Positions 10,085 to 20,648 of a stretch of 64,000 nucleotides of DNA are shown here, in pieces. The notes below the pieces were generated by a model. The model saw nothing but the letters and a program-made list of their open reading frames with translations. It was not told the origin of the DNA and made no database searches. This DNA comes from Eledone cirrhosa (lineage: Eukaryota). Made by a program: the position numbers and the translations under genes. How positions within the stretch are numbered: the stretch's first letter is position 1; each line of letters starts with the position of its first letter. Location: assembly GCA_964016885.1 (NCBI GenBank), contig OZ024764.1:23188001-23252000 (forward strand), read 5' to 3'.

Positions 10085-10300
10085 AAGGCGTGTGGCTGAG
10101 TGGTTAGAGAATTGGGTTCGGAATTGTGAGGTTGTGAGTTCGATTCTCAGACTGGGCGATGCGTTCTGTCCTTGAGCAAGACACTTTATTTCACGTTGCT
10201 CCTTCTACCTGGAGTTGCGACCGATAGATAGTATTAGCAATTGGAAAGACCAATGGAAACATTGTTTCTTCGGTCCGATTTGACGAAAAGTCGATCATAA
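10085..10300 (+). mobile_element. tRNA-derived SINE inserted in a (TA)n tract
   Basis: A-box TGGCTGAGTGG and B-box GTTCGATTC, followed by tgtccttgagcaagacactttatttcacgttgctcc. Confidence 0.8.
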
Positions 10301-10609
10301 AAAGTATATAGAGAGAAACACAAACATACACTACTGTATTACATATGTAAGGGGAGACAACTCTCGTTACATCCACCCTTCTTTTTGATATACGTCCTTT
10401 AAATACTTTGTTCAACGTAACCTGCTTTATTTTGTGTCCTAAATAGATTTCTGTTTAACTATTTACGAGATTCACAATGATTCACGTAACCAAGTTACTT
10501 ACATAGAGATATATTTCACATAGAATCACAACAAATGAAAATATTAAGTCAACACTCTGTCAATCAGTCTCACATCACATGGGGTGCCGGAGTCTCCCTC
10601 TAATACTTT

Positions 10610-10775
10610 CTGAGACAGTCTTACCTCGAGTGATAGCAAGGCTAAGATGTTGGAACTACCAAACACCCTCATATGTATCACCTGACACCTCGGTAAGGAG
10701 AGCTGCCAACGATAACAAGAACCTCGTTGTCAGGGACCTATCTCCTCCAAACTTCTCCAACACCACAGACTAGAA
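10610..10775 (-). mobile_element. Antisense CRE-like 3' fragment
   Basis: The minus strand reads SVVLEKFGGDRSLTTRFLLSLAALLTEVSGDTYEGVW*FQHLSLAITRG, homologous to the C-terminus at 16560-16710. Copies lie at about 33945, 44865 and 55783. Confidence 0.8.
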
Positions 10776-10859
10776 TATTCTACTCTTTATTCCCTATCAA
10801 ATATATTTCAGTCTAGTCATTTGTCTTGTATCTTGTATATGTATTTTGAAAACTAACTG

Positions 10860-11890
10860 TCACATTTGTGAGACCCCAGTTAGTGATGTTTTTGTCTCCC
10901 TCCCACATCCTACATGTTGTAGTAAAAGTGAGGGTCACTGCTTCTGTAGACGAACGAAATAAAAGTTAAACTACCAGTAATTATCGGCAAAGTATTTATT
11001 CCAGTCTGTGATGTTTGAGAAGCTGGGCTGCTGACAACGAAGTTGTGGTCACTGTTGGCGGCTGGCTTTACCGAAGTACCCGATGACTCTTGTGAGGGTA
11101 CTTAGCTGTTCTGGTAGCTTAGCTTCCTTATAACCAGATCTTACCGAGATACCCGATGACTCTTGTGATGGTACTTTTAGCAGTATTGGTTATAGAGTAG
11201 TCGCCACTTTAGCAGGGTGGTAGAATCAGTGGTCGTTACTTTAACAGGGTAGATGATTGAAGGTCGCTAGTTGCCAGTGTGGTAAGTGATAGTATCCTCG
11301 TTGGATTATCTTGTTGACATAGACGTGAGGGAAGGTCCCTCGATCTATTTACCATCTATTTACAATATTCCTTTCGTCAGGTCGCCAATTCCAGCAGCAT
11401 GGATTATAGATGTTATTGAGACACGAGTAACATAATAATGATTTCAACAGCAGTAATTAGAGATGAAATGTTTGTTTATTTATATGGTTGAAGTTACAGA
11501 TAAAAAGAGGTTACAAAAGGGAATGTGCCATTGCGCCGTTAAGCCGGCGAGGCTAGGGTGCAAATGTCACCGTTATATTATGCATGTTGCTGGCTTGAAG
11601 TTTCCGGTACAAGAGAGAGATTCTTCAAATCTTCGCGGGGAATTTCTTACTCAGGGCGCGTAGGGATACATCCTCTTCTACTGGCGCTGATTGGCTGAAC
11701 TGAGCCAAATCACGCACAGAGAATGTATGTGAGCCCGCGGAATGTAGGTCACTACATACTTAGCTGTTCTGGTAGCTTAGCCTCCATATGACCCGAGATA
11801 CACGGTGATCTCTGTCAGGGTACTTAGCTGTTCTGGCAACTTAGCCTCCATATGACCCGAGATACCCGGTGATCTCTGCCACAGTACTCG
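10860..11890 (+). mobile_element. Sense CRE-like 3' fragment (endonuclease region) with an approximately 73-bp tandem repeat
   Basis: Nucleotide similarity to 16415-16690 (gttagtga..tcccacatcct..ggcggct..gagggtacttagctgttc). Copies lie at about 34195-34585, 45115-45503 and 56033-56495, the last showing period 73 at 56315/56388/56461. Confidence 0.8.
11177..11756 (-). mobile_element. Putative solo LTR (about 580 bp)
   Basis: Absent from the three paralogous cassettes and flanked by a 5-bp TACTT duplication. It ends in ...cactaca and has an AATAAA on the minus strand. The left terminus is degenerate. Confidence 0.65.
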
Positions 11891-12224
11891 ATTGATCCAG
11901 CACCCTACTATTTCTACCAACAGGTTATATCGAGGTATCAAGTGATACTCTTTTCAAGTCAAGACCTCCTCTGCCTTCCAACTGCCCTGTTATTCTACAG
12001 ACTCACGAAAGTGGACACCACGTGAAGGAGAGAGTGTTTGGTGTAGTGGTCATCGCTGGCTATTGTCCGAGTGACACAGGTAAAATACACTACCTAGACT
12101 GAGGAGAAACGTCTACCGTCCATTCCTCACCACCAACACCTTACTTTCTCTATTTTAATTACATTTACTGTTTTCAACTTCATTTTTTTATTACAAACTT
12201 TACATAATTTAATTCGGTAAAAAT

Positions 12225-12372
12225 GTTTTACGTCACAAAAAAACTTGACCTTTGACATTGAAGCATGCGCAGTGGTGCAGTTGTCGACTTCCTGTCCACG
12301 TGTCAGTCTTCCTACAACATCATTTAGACAACATTTCTGTAAATACTAAACTCCTGAGACTATAATGTAAGT
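12225..12372 (+). promoter_or_regulatory. Putative promoter and non-coding exon 1 of ZNF gene A, with donor AAT|GTAAGT at 12366/12367
   Basis: Clustered motifs: TTACGTCA (CRE/ATF-like), TGACCTTTGAC (DR1-like), GCATGCGCAG (NRF1-like), ACTTCCTGT (ETS) and CACGTG (E-box), followed by a consensus donor. Present in all four cassettes. Confidence 0.65.
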
Positions 12373-13599
12373 ATTATGTCTATTAATATTGTAGATTTAA
12401 GCTCACTTTTCACATCACAAATATATATTTTCTTGTTTGTTTCATTACTGGAAATATAAAATGTTATCGTAATTATCTATATTTTACCCACCTCTAATTA
12501 ATTAAAGTGAAAACTTTTATTGTTGCTGAAAAATAAATTAACAAAACTAAATATTTAAATATTCTAAAGGTCGTTTTTATATTATGTGATGATATAATTA
12601 ATATATTTTATTACAATTGTATAAATTTACAGTAGAATAACGTTGTATATATGTTTTAAATATATACATAAATAACATAAGTGTGTAAATAACATTATAA
12701 ATTGCTGGCAATTCCTTGAGAAAGACATTACAAATATATTGTCTAAACTGTGTGTAATAATATAATTTATTGAACAATAATGATAAAGGAAAGAAAAACA
12801 CAGTGGGAGATGGCAATTGACCACCAAACGAGGTAAACATTTTCAACTTTCCCCTTTTTTTGCTTTGTCTGAGACAACTCAAAATATTCTTCAAGGAACT
12901 GGATTTTCCATTCGGTTGGATCGAACGGATTTTACCATTTATAATCTACGGAGAGGAATAACAGATGTTCGGAGGAAAAAAGAATTGTTTGTGGCAACAA
13001 CGTAGGGAACCAACCTGGAGCAATTGTATCACACAATTATACTTTCCTCCTTAACATACACTTACAATTTTTCAAAATCAAACCCCCCAAATATAAAATA
13101 TAAATAATTATAAATGGCGAGGAACCATCCCATCTCCCTCTTGAAATAACCTGAATCTATTTATAGTCAGGTGTGACTGAAAGGTCAATCCATACTTCCA
13201 TTCTATTTCACAGAATTAGAAGCTTTGACCACTTGATAGAATTCAGGTCCAGTAATGTAATCACTCCGTAATTGTAAACATCTTGTATCACTATCATTCA
13301 GGTTTTGATTTTACTTAAGTCTTGCCCATGTTTTTTTTTTTTTTCTTTTTTACACAAACTCACAATTTCGGTTTTTACTGCGGATTTACCCATGCGAACT
13401 ATTACACAAACTCACAGCCTTAGATTTTGTATTTCTAGCGTTTTTATTTTCCTTCTCTTTGCATGTTCAGTGCTCTTTCTCTCCCACTGTATTTACCTGC
13501 CTCTCACATGACCACACTCCTCTCCAAGCACTCATCATCTTCTCACTCCTTCCATCCCTCCCCTTGCGCAACCCTTACTTCCTCCTCGCGCACAGCCCA

Positions 13600-16500
13600 C
13601 CTAGGTATTCGTTCAACCCGCCGGTGGCCCGATGTTTCGACCGAACTATTGCCGGCGATTGCCGATTGCTAAAGTTGCCACCACTTTAACCTAGTCCACT
13701 CTAGGTGGGGGTGGCATGCGTCGAACGACCAAGAGACTTGCTTGGTGGAACGACTATGTGACAACCGGTCAGCCTTCGACCTCTCATTCTCCACCAACTG
13801 CAGCACGCACGAGAGGAGCTAACTTGACCCCACCTACCCTCTTCTCCTTCACGGCAGATTCCGAACGAATCCAACCCGGCCAACCACACCACCCCTACAA
13901 CTGTTACCTCACCACCCAACCTCCGCTTTAGTCCCACCGTTAGAACCACTGTTGTCTCCTTTACTGACTCACTCCCTTCACCGAATTCCAACGCTGGCCC
14001 TCTACTGCCGGCTGTTGCCAGCCCGCCACCTGATTGCGCCCTCTGTGCCCGCACTAACCAGTACTTAAAGACAATTAAATGTCACCTATGCCACGCAAGC
14101 TACCACAGAAGCTGTGTCGGCATCACCAAAGCTGAAGCCGACAGGCTCCAACACTGGACCTGCCACTTCAGCTCTGACTATTCCGTGGGGATGACCAACA
14201 CTCTACCGACGACTTTGCCACAACCCCCAAGGGATTCTCCAAATCAAAGCTCGTTAACCGGACCCTTAAGGGAGCTCGGAACAGCTTTGCAGGTGCCCTC
14301 TCTAATTTACTGAAAAACGTTTGCTCGTCCAACAATAGACTGGCAGAAATTGTTTTTGTTTCCCCTCATCTCTCTTCACGTGCACAATGCGAACTCGGGT
14401 TCCCTCAAGTCCTCTCTCAAGCGGCAGTTCCAGCTGTTTGAGTCCACCCCAACCACGTCTCATCTCAGGTCGTCTCCGAGCTCGGTGTCCACCAACAGAC
14501 AACCGGTAGACCTCAAGCGAGCCGTCAATGCCAAAATTCAGCAAATTTGACATTAAAGGGGCTGTCCTCCCTTGCTCCATGCAACTCTGACTCTCGTGAG
14601 CGTCTGAAAGAGAAGCACCCCCAGATGATCAGCAACACTGGCCCGAACCACCAGAATACTTGAGACCGGTTTACACCACCAATATCATCAGAAAGGCGAT
14701 TTCATCCTTCCCCGCTGGGTCAGGCGCGGGAATTGACGTCCTTCATCCTCAACACCTCAAGGATGGTATCTCCTTATCGGCCGGTGATGCCGGACTCGAG
14801 CTCTTGGAGAGTCTGACTCAGTTTGTGAATCAGTGAACGTTCTCCCGTTCATCCGCCCACTGTTCTTCGGTGCGAAGCTATTTAGTCTAACCAAGCCCAA
14901 CGGGGACCTGCACCGCATTGCGGTTGGCTGCACACCTCACTGCAAAGGCGTGATTGCTGTTGGTCTCCAACCCACTGGCGGAGGAATTTTCCCCCATCCA
15001 GCTGTGGGTGGGTACCAGGTTGGGATGTGTGGCTGCTGTCCACGCTGCCAGAGCATTTGCCAACTTGCCCTCCTCATCCCCCAAGGTCATCCTCAAACTT
15101 GACCTCAGGAATGCCTTCAACTCCGTCAGCCGTAACATCGTCCTCGGCTCAGTAAGAGAGAGGGTCCCACAACTCTACCACTTTGCTTGGCAGGCTTATC
15201 GGGAGCCCTCCTACCTCTCTTTCAGTGACCAGATCATCACCTCTGCCTCAGGAGTCCAACAGGGTGACCCACGCGGGACTCCCCCCCCCCCCCGCACTGG
15301 ACATTGATGACGTCACCAAGATGGGGGCTGAGTTGGACCTCAATGTCTGGTAGCTCGACGACGCCTGTTTGGGGGGACCTCCGGATATGGTTCTCGCCAC
15401 TGCCAACAGGATGGTGGAGGAGCTTGGCGCCGGGGTCTCCAGATCAATAGCTTCAAATGTGAGCTCTGGATCCTCAACCACCCGGCTTCTTAACACCAAC
15501 AGCTGATCGACCTGTTCGCAGAGTCCTTCCCTTCCATCACGGTCCCTCCCCCGTCGGCTTGGTGCTCCTTAGGAGCCCCAATCACAGACCTGGCCTTCGG
15601 GTCAACCATCCAATCGAAGTTGGTTGGCCTTGAGCAGCTGCTGAGGAATATTGAAGATATCGAACCCCATCAAGGTTTCTTCTTACTCAGGAACTACCTG
15701 TCTATTCCTAAGCTTCTGTATCTGCTCAGAGTCAGCCCCTCTCACAGATTTCCATCCTGCCTCCAACGCTTCGACGACCTAATCTTCGAGAGACTCGAGT
15801 GTCTGGTCAATGTTAGTAAGTGTTCGTCCCTCTCTCTCCCCTGCTTCCTTTCCTCCACCCAAGCTTGCAGCATCCTCTCCTCTCCAATATGGACTAGTTC
15901 CAACAGGGAGTTGTGTGAAGCTCTCCAGCAATGGAGTGAGTTGGGCTTGTCTCTTCCTGAGAAGGTGGAGGACAGTCGAAGTCAGAGAACTTGGGACAGG
16001 ATACGTTGGAATGCCACCTTCGACTCCCTCTTCGTCCTCTCAGATCAGTTTACAAGGTGCAGCTTACCATCTGCCAGCGCCAAATACTCCGGTGACTGGG
16101 TCGATGCCTTACCCGTGGCCAACGTTGGAGGCCTACTCAGCCTGGATGAAGTTCGTGTCTCCATCACCCTCAGAGTGGGAGCTGACGTCTGCATGGGTTT
16201 GAGATGTGGCTAACTCCTCGACTCCACAGGCCCCCACGGTCTTTCTTGCCGCCTGAATGTCGGCCACTTCGCCCGTCACACGGAGCTAAACTTTATTCTG
16301 AAGAGAGCTTTGGCCCGGGCAAACATCCCCTCAGTCTTGGAACCATCTGGGTTGTCCAGAAGTGACGCAAAAGACCTGACGGCCTTACCCTGTGCCCCTG
16401 GTCGAGAGGCAGGTGCTTAATCTGGGACGTCACTGTTAGTGACTCCTTTGCTCTTTCCCACATCCTTGATGCTGCGGTAAGGACGAGAGCCACAGCTTCG

Positions 16501-17075
16501 GCAGCCGAGCGGAGTAAGACCCTCAAATACTCTGATCTGTCGGCCAGCTACATTTTTCAGCCTGTGGCTTTCGAGACGTTTGGGGGAGTCGGGCCGCTGA
16601 CTGCGAGGTTCCTTTCCTCACTGGCGGCTCGCCTTATAGAGGTAACTGGCGAAATCGCGAGGGCGCTTGGCTGTTCCAGCACCTCAGCCTCGCCATCAGC
16701 CGATGTAACACTGCCAGTGTGCTGGCTTGCCTCAAAACTCATTAGAGAGGTTTCCCAGTACCCCTCGTTGCTGTCTTTTGCTCTGGTGTTGGCTCCGTTG
16801 TCCACCCCTTCCTTTACATTTTCTTTAATATTGCAACATTGAAGGAATTTATCTTTCATTGTATCATCCTTTATAGTGTTACCGAGGCATTTGTAATGTT
16901 ATTTATATATTTAAAACATATTTGTTAGGTTATTCTACTGTAAATTTATTTATATGCTCTGTTTATGTTTTCATTCTGAAGGAACATATCCACTTGTGTT
17001 GATATAAGTGATGCTATGACTTTCCTCTAAGCATTGTGTCATTATATATGTTATTATAAACGTGAATAAATTGAA
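13600..17075 (+). mobile_element. Near full-length decayed CRE-clade non-LTR retrotransposon (PHD, RT, zinc knuckle, restriction-like endonuclease)
   Basis: GC-rich island with SFPAGSGAGIDVLHPQHLKD, LKLDLRNAFNSVSR, SGVQQGDP, VW*LDD, HGLSC..GHFARHTELN, KRPDGLTLCPWSRGRCLIWDVT and AFETFGGVGP. It has many frameshifts, AATAAA at 17065, and approximate ends. Confidence 0.85.
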
Positions 17076-17089
17076 TTTATAGTGTGATA

Positions 17090-17331
17090 ATAGGCCACAC
17101 CTCACACCCTAGGGGTTAACTACACACTTTGAGGCAAGCCAACACACTGGCAGCATTACAACGTGTGATGGTGAGGCTAAGGTGCTGAAATAACCAGGTA
17201 CCCTCACGGGTATCACCTTACGCCTCTGTAAGGTGAGGCTAAGGTGCTGAGATAACCAGGTACTCTTACGGATATCACCTGACACCTCAGTATGGTGAGG
17301 CTACGGTGCTGAAATAACCAGGTACCCTCAC
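17090..17331 (-). mobile_element. Antisense CRE-like 3' end with a 62-bp tandem repeat
   Basis: The minus strand reads GDTREGTWLFQHLSLTITRCNAASVLACLK. ggtgaggct recurs at 17170, 17232 and 17294. A shortened paralog lies at about 57445-57615. Confidence 0.8.
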
Positions 17332-17691
17332 GGAAACGACTAGATTTGTAGAAAAAGTAGGGTGAAAGTATACAAAGAGATGTAGTTTCACAGATCTACT
17401 CACACCTCACGTTGGGTGGGAATAATTATTTTTCTTAGAATTCTTGCTATACCCCTTTTCCAGTATTTTTTCTCTGGACCCCTTAGATACTTGCGATAGA
17501 CGTTTTATTTCCCAGTATTAGGGTTAGGGTTTCCGTTTTCAGGAAGAAAAGTCGATTGCAAACATCTAAGAGGTCGAGCAATGAAATTAAGGAAAGATAA
17601 TTATTTCCCAGCCAACTGGAGAAGTGTGTAGCTCTTCTAAACTCCGATAATCCTGTCTCCCACTTCTTTATCTACAAATCTAGTCGTTTCC
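17332..17691. mobile_element. MITE-like palindromic element
   Basis: Perfect 21-bp TIR ggaaacgactagatttgtaga / tctacaaatctagtcgtttcc, with nested inner inverted arms and a central TTAGGGTTAGGG. A partial copy lies at 57615-57842. Confidence 0.8.
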
Positions 17692-17699
17692 TGCTACTT

Positions 17700-18330
17700 T
17701 GTTCCCTGGGGTATGCCTTAGTATTTGACACCATCTATCTGTCTTACTCCCTAACTAGAAAGAAGTCAATCTGTCTCATGTGCTCACCTGATTGGTAGGT
17801 TATTAGGTGGTTGGAGGTTTCTTGAAGTGTTGCAAATGGTTAGTTCACTTGCATCACAAAATACAAGAAGCCTCACTCCTTCTTCATTTCTTGAGCCATA
17901 ACCATGACCACCATGTACCCCAGTGTATCCATCCTGGAGCTGTCCAACATGACCATTGAAGTCCCCTGCTATTATAACTAGGTCTCTGTCATTGTGGTTA
18001 TCTCTACTTATTCCTTTTCTACATATGGAGCAGGGCCACTTTCCTGAAGGTGTCAGGGTCTTCTCTCCTATCCATTACCACTTTAGTTTTGGCTAAGTAT
18101 ATTCTCAGAACCTACCATTTCAAATTCTATATCTATAGTTGGTCATCTACATAGAGAAGTTTCCATAGACAGCCAGTCTTAAACCTCTCTGTTATGGTTT
18201 GGAGAACTATGATGAACAACAGTGGGCTAAGAACTAAACCATGATGAACTCCTACCTGTACCTTCAATTCTTCACTAGACACACTTTACTGACAGCTTCT
18301 CACAAGCCATTCTTCTACACCTAATTTCCT
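17700..18330 (-). mobile_element. Degenerate RTE reverse-transcriptase fragment
   Basis: The minus strand reads SEELKVQVGVHHGLVLSPLLFIIVLQTITERFKTGCLWKLLYVDD, the same family as the long RTE ORFs. Confidence 0.85.
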
Positions 18331-18539
18331 TAACCCTTTAGTATATAAACTGGCCATATCTGGCCAGAATTCTCCCACATCTTTCTGTTCAAACTGGCCG
18401 TAATTAAATAATAATAATAATAATGAAATTATTGTGTACAGTGCTCAGGTGCACTACAACTCATCAAAGGTGCATGTATAGTACATAGAATAATGTACAA
18501 ATGTCAGGAAAATGAACAGTGCATGAGTCATGATATAAT

Positions 18540-18732
18540 AACAATAATTGTTTCTACTTTAGGCACAAGGCCAGCAATTACCCAGTGCATTACTGGTACT
18601 TTATTTTATCGACCCCGTAAGGATGAAAGGCAAAGTCAACCTCGGCGGGATTTGAACTCAGATCATAAAGGGACGTAACTATGCTGGAAAGCATGGCGTC
18701 CAACCCTCTACCAATACTGCCAATCCACCACC
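18540..18732 (-). mobile_element. tRNA-derived SINE with a Nin/Deu-like core
   Basis: The minus strand has tggcagtattggtag (A-box), gagttcaaatccc (B-box) and gcctttcatccttacggggtcgataaaataaagtaccag, followed by an ATT-rich tail. Confidence 0.8.
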
Positions 18733-20505
18733 AATAATGAAATATTGTGTATAGTGCCCAGGTGCACCACAACTCATCAAAAAAGTGCATGTACAGTATA
18801 TAGGGCAATGCACAAACATCAGTAAAATGAACAGTGCACGAGTCATGATACACACGTGTGCATGTGTATGGAAGGGGTACATCAGGTGTAGTTTTGGCGT
18901 ATTTCGGGAAGCTTGAGTGTCTTAAAGGATGCAGTGTCTCGGCAGCTAACAACTGACGCAGGCAGTTTGTTCCCTACTTCAGCAACTCTGAGCGTGAAAA
19001 AATGTCTACGAAAGTCATGGGAGCTGTGCTGTTTTCTGATCTTGTAGGCATGTCCACGTGTGTTAGACACATGGAGATCAAAGAGGCGCTCAGGGTTGCA
19101 ATTGGCGAGATGGTTAAAAACTTTGTGGGTATTCACCAAGTCCATTGCCAGACGTCGGAGCTTCAATGAATTCATGCCCAGGGAAGCAAGGCGTTCATAG
19201 TATGGTAGGTGTCTGATGGAGGGTATGTGCTTGGTTGCACGTCTCTGAACAATTTCCAGGAGGTCAATGTTCTGAGCAAGATGGGGGTTACAGACTGATG
19301 ATGCGAATTCCAAGTGTGGTCGTACCATAGCTGTATACAGTTTTAAATAGATGGCTGGAGAGCGGCTAACAAAGGTCTTGCTGAGTGATGCCAAGACACC
19401 CTCGGCCTTCTTGACAATCTTAGAGACATGCTTTGTCCAACGCAAATCGTTGCTGACAGTAATGCCCAGGTCACGTTCACAAGAGGACTTTTTGATATCA
19501 GTGTTGTGGAGGGAGTATGTGGACGCTGGATTTTTCCTTCCAAAATGTATGGTGGTACACTTGTCCACAGCCAGCTTCAGTTGCCAGTCTGTGATCCATT
19601 GCTGCATTGTGTCCAGGTCTGATTGTAGGAAAGAGTTGTAAATTTCAGGATCAGTCCTTTTGATTTCAGGGTACAGCTTGATGTCATCTGCATATTTCAG
19701 TACCGTGGCATTCTGTAAGTTGGCATCTATGTCATTAATATATACCACAAACAAAAGAGGACCAAGAACAGATCCCTGTGGTAGACCAGATGACATCTCA
19801 TATGGTGAAGAATGCTGACCTAGAACCGTGACTACTTCTTTTCGGCTGAGAATGAAGGATTTCAACCAGTCGAAAAGATCATCCCTCACACCCATTGCAG
19901 AGAGTTTTGCCATAAGTCTTTTGTGTGGCACAGAATTAAAAGCCTTAGCAAAGTCAAGGTAAACAAGATCCACCCATGAGCCGCTGTCAGTGATCCGGGT
20001 GATGTCCTCAAGGAACTCGATAAGCTGATCACAGCAGCTGGAGTTAGGGATAAATCCAAACTGTGAGGGCCGGATGAGGCTGTGAGAGCTCCAGAAGTTC
20101 CAAAGTGTTTCTCTGACACAGGATTCCATCAGTTTGGCCATACAGCTAGTAAGACTGACTGGACGATAGTTGACAGGTGACATGCCGTTGCCCTTTTTGA
20201 ACAGGGGAATGACACTGGCAGTTTTCCACTGCTCCGGAGTAGCACCATTGTTGAGACAGTATTGAAAGAAGAAAGAAAGCTGGCGCAAAAGGAAATACCC
20301 GCCACATTTGAGAAGCAGGTATGTCACACCATCAAGACCAGGGGAGGCATAGTTGCGCTTATTCTTAAGGTGACGTCGCAACATTGCAGGTGTAAATTCC
20401 ATAGTTGTTATGGAATTTGATGTTAGAGATGGTGGAGATGGTACATTCTGGTTTTCAACAGTAAAAATACTTGCATAGCACTCAGCAACGAGTTCTGCGC
20501 ATTAC
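18733..20505 (-). mobile_element. 5'-truncated CR1-group LINE
   Basis: Contains the RT ORF 18882..20402 and a 3' UTR ending in (ATT)n. A second copy of this 3' end lies at about 18410-18535. Confidence 0.9.
18882..20402 (-). CDS. CR1-group reverse transcriptase (506 aa, no endonuclease)
   Basis: Motifs NYRPVSLTS, VYLDFAKAFNSVPH, GLPQGSVLGPLLF, KYADD, ERDLGI, VRPHLEF, IVQRRATK and TRGH. Confidence 0.9.
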   Translation of the reverse strand: MEFTPAMLRRHLKNKRNYASPGLDGVTYLLLKCGGYFLLRQLSFFFQYCLNNGATPEQWKTASVIPLFKKGNGMSPVNYRPVSLTSCMAKLMESCVRETLWNFWSSHSLIRPSQFGFIPNSSCCDQLIEFLEDITRITDSGSWVDLVYLDFAKAFNSVPHKRLMAKLSAMGVRDDLFDWLKSFILSRKEVVTVLGQHSSPYEMSSGLPQGSVLGPLLFVVYINDIDANLQNATVLKYADDIKLYPEIKRTDPEIYNSFLQSDLDTMQQWITDWQLKLAVDKCTTIHFGRKNPASTYSLHNTDIKKSSCERDLGITVSNDLRWTKHVSKIVKKAEGVLASLSKTFVSRSPAIYLKLYTAMVRPHLEFASSVCNPHLAQNIDLLEIVQRRATKHIPSIRHLPYYERLASLGMNSLKLRRLAMDLVNTHKVFNHLANCNPERLFDLHVSNTRGHAYKIRKQHSSHDFRRHFFTLRVAEVGNKLPASVVSCRDTASFKTLKLPEIRQNYT

Positions 20506-20648
20506 TTGATTGGTCACTTGTACTTATGTTAAGGTATTGTTCTCAAAATAAATAACATGAAAATCTCATAGATTTGATATTATGTGAGATAAAGCATTTA
20601 CTGTGAAAATATAATAGTAAATATAGAGTAATGTGAATACTAAAGGGT

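Noticed and set aside
10085-10160. Possible tRNA gene
   Set aside because: A and B boxes are present, but there is no convincing cloverleaf and the sequence continues into a SINE body.
10579-10773. 64-aa ORF with identical translation in four cassettes, as a candidate micropeptide
   Set aside because: It is mostly the antisense strand of a CRE-like C-terminal fragment, and recent duplication explains the identity.
12598-13005. Recurrent 98-aa ORF, or a possible Penelope-like remnant
   Set aside because: It is AT-rich intronic sequence, and any similarity is too weak to support by eye.
17517-17532. Interstitial telomere or fusion site
   Set aside because: Only two TTAGGG units are present, inside a palindromic element.
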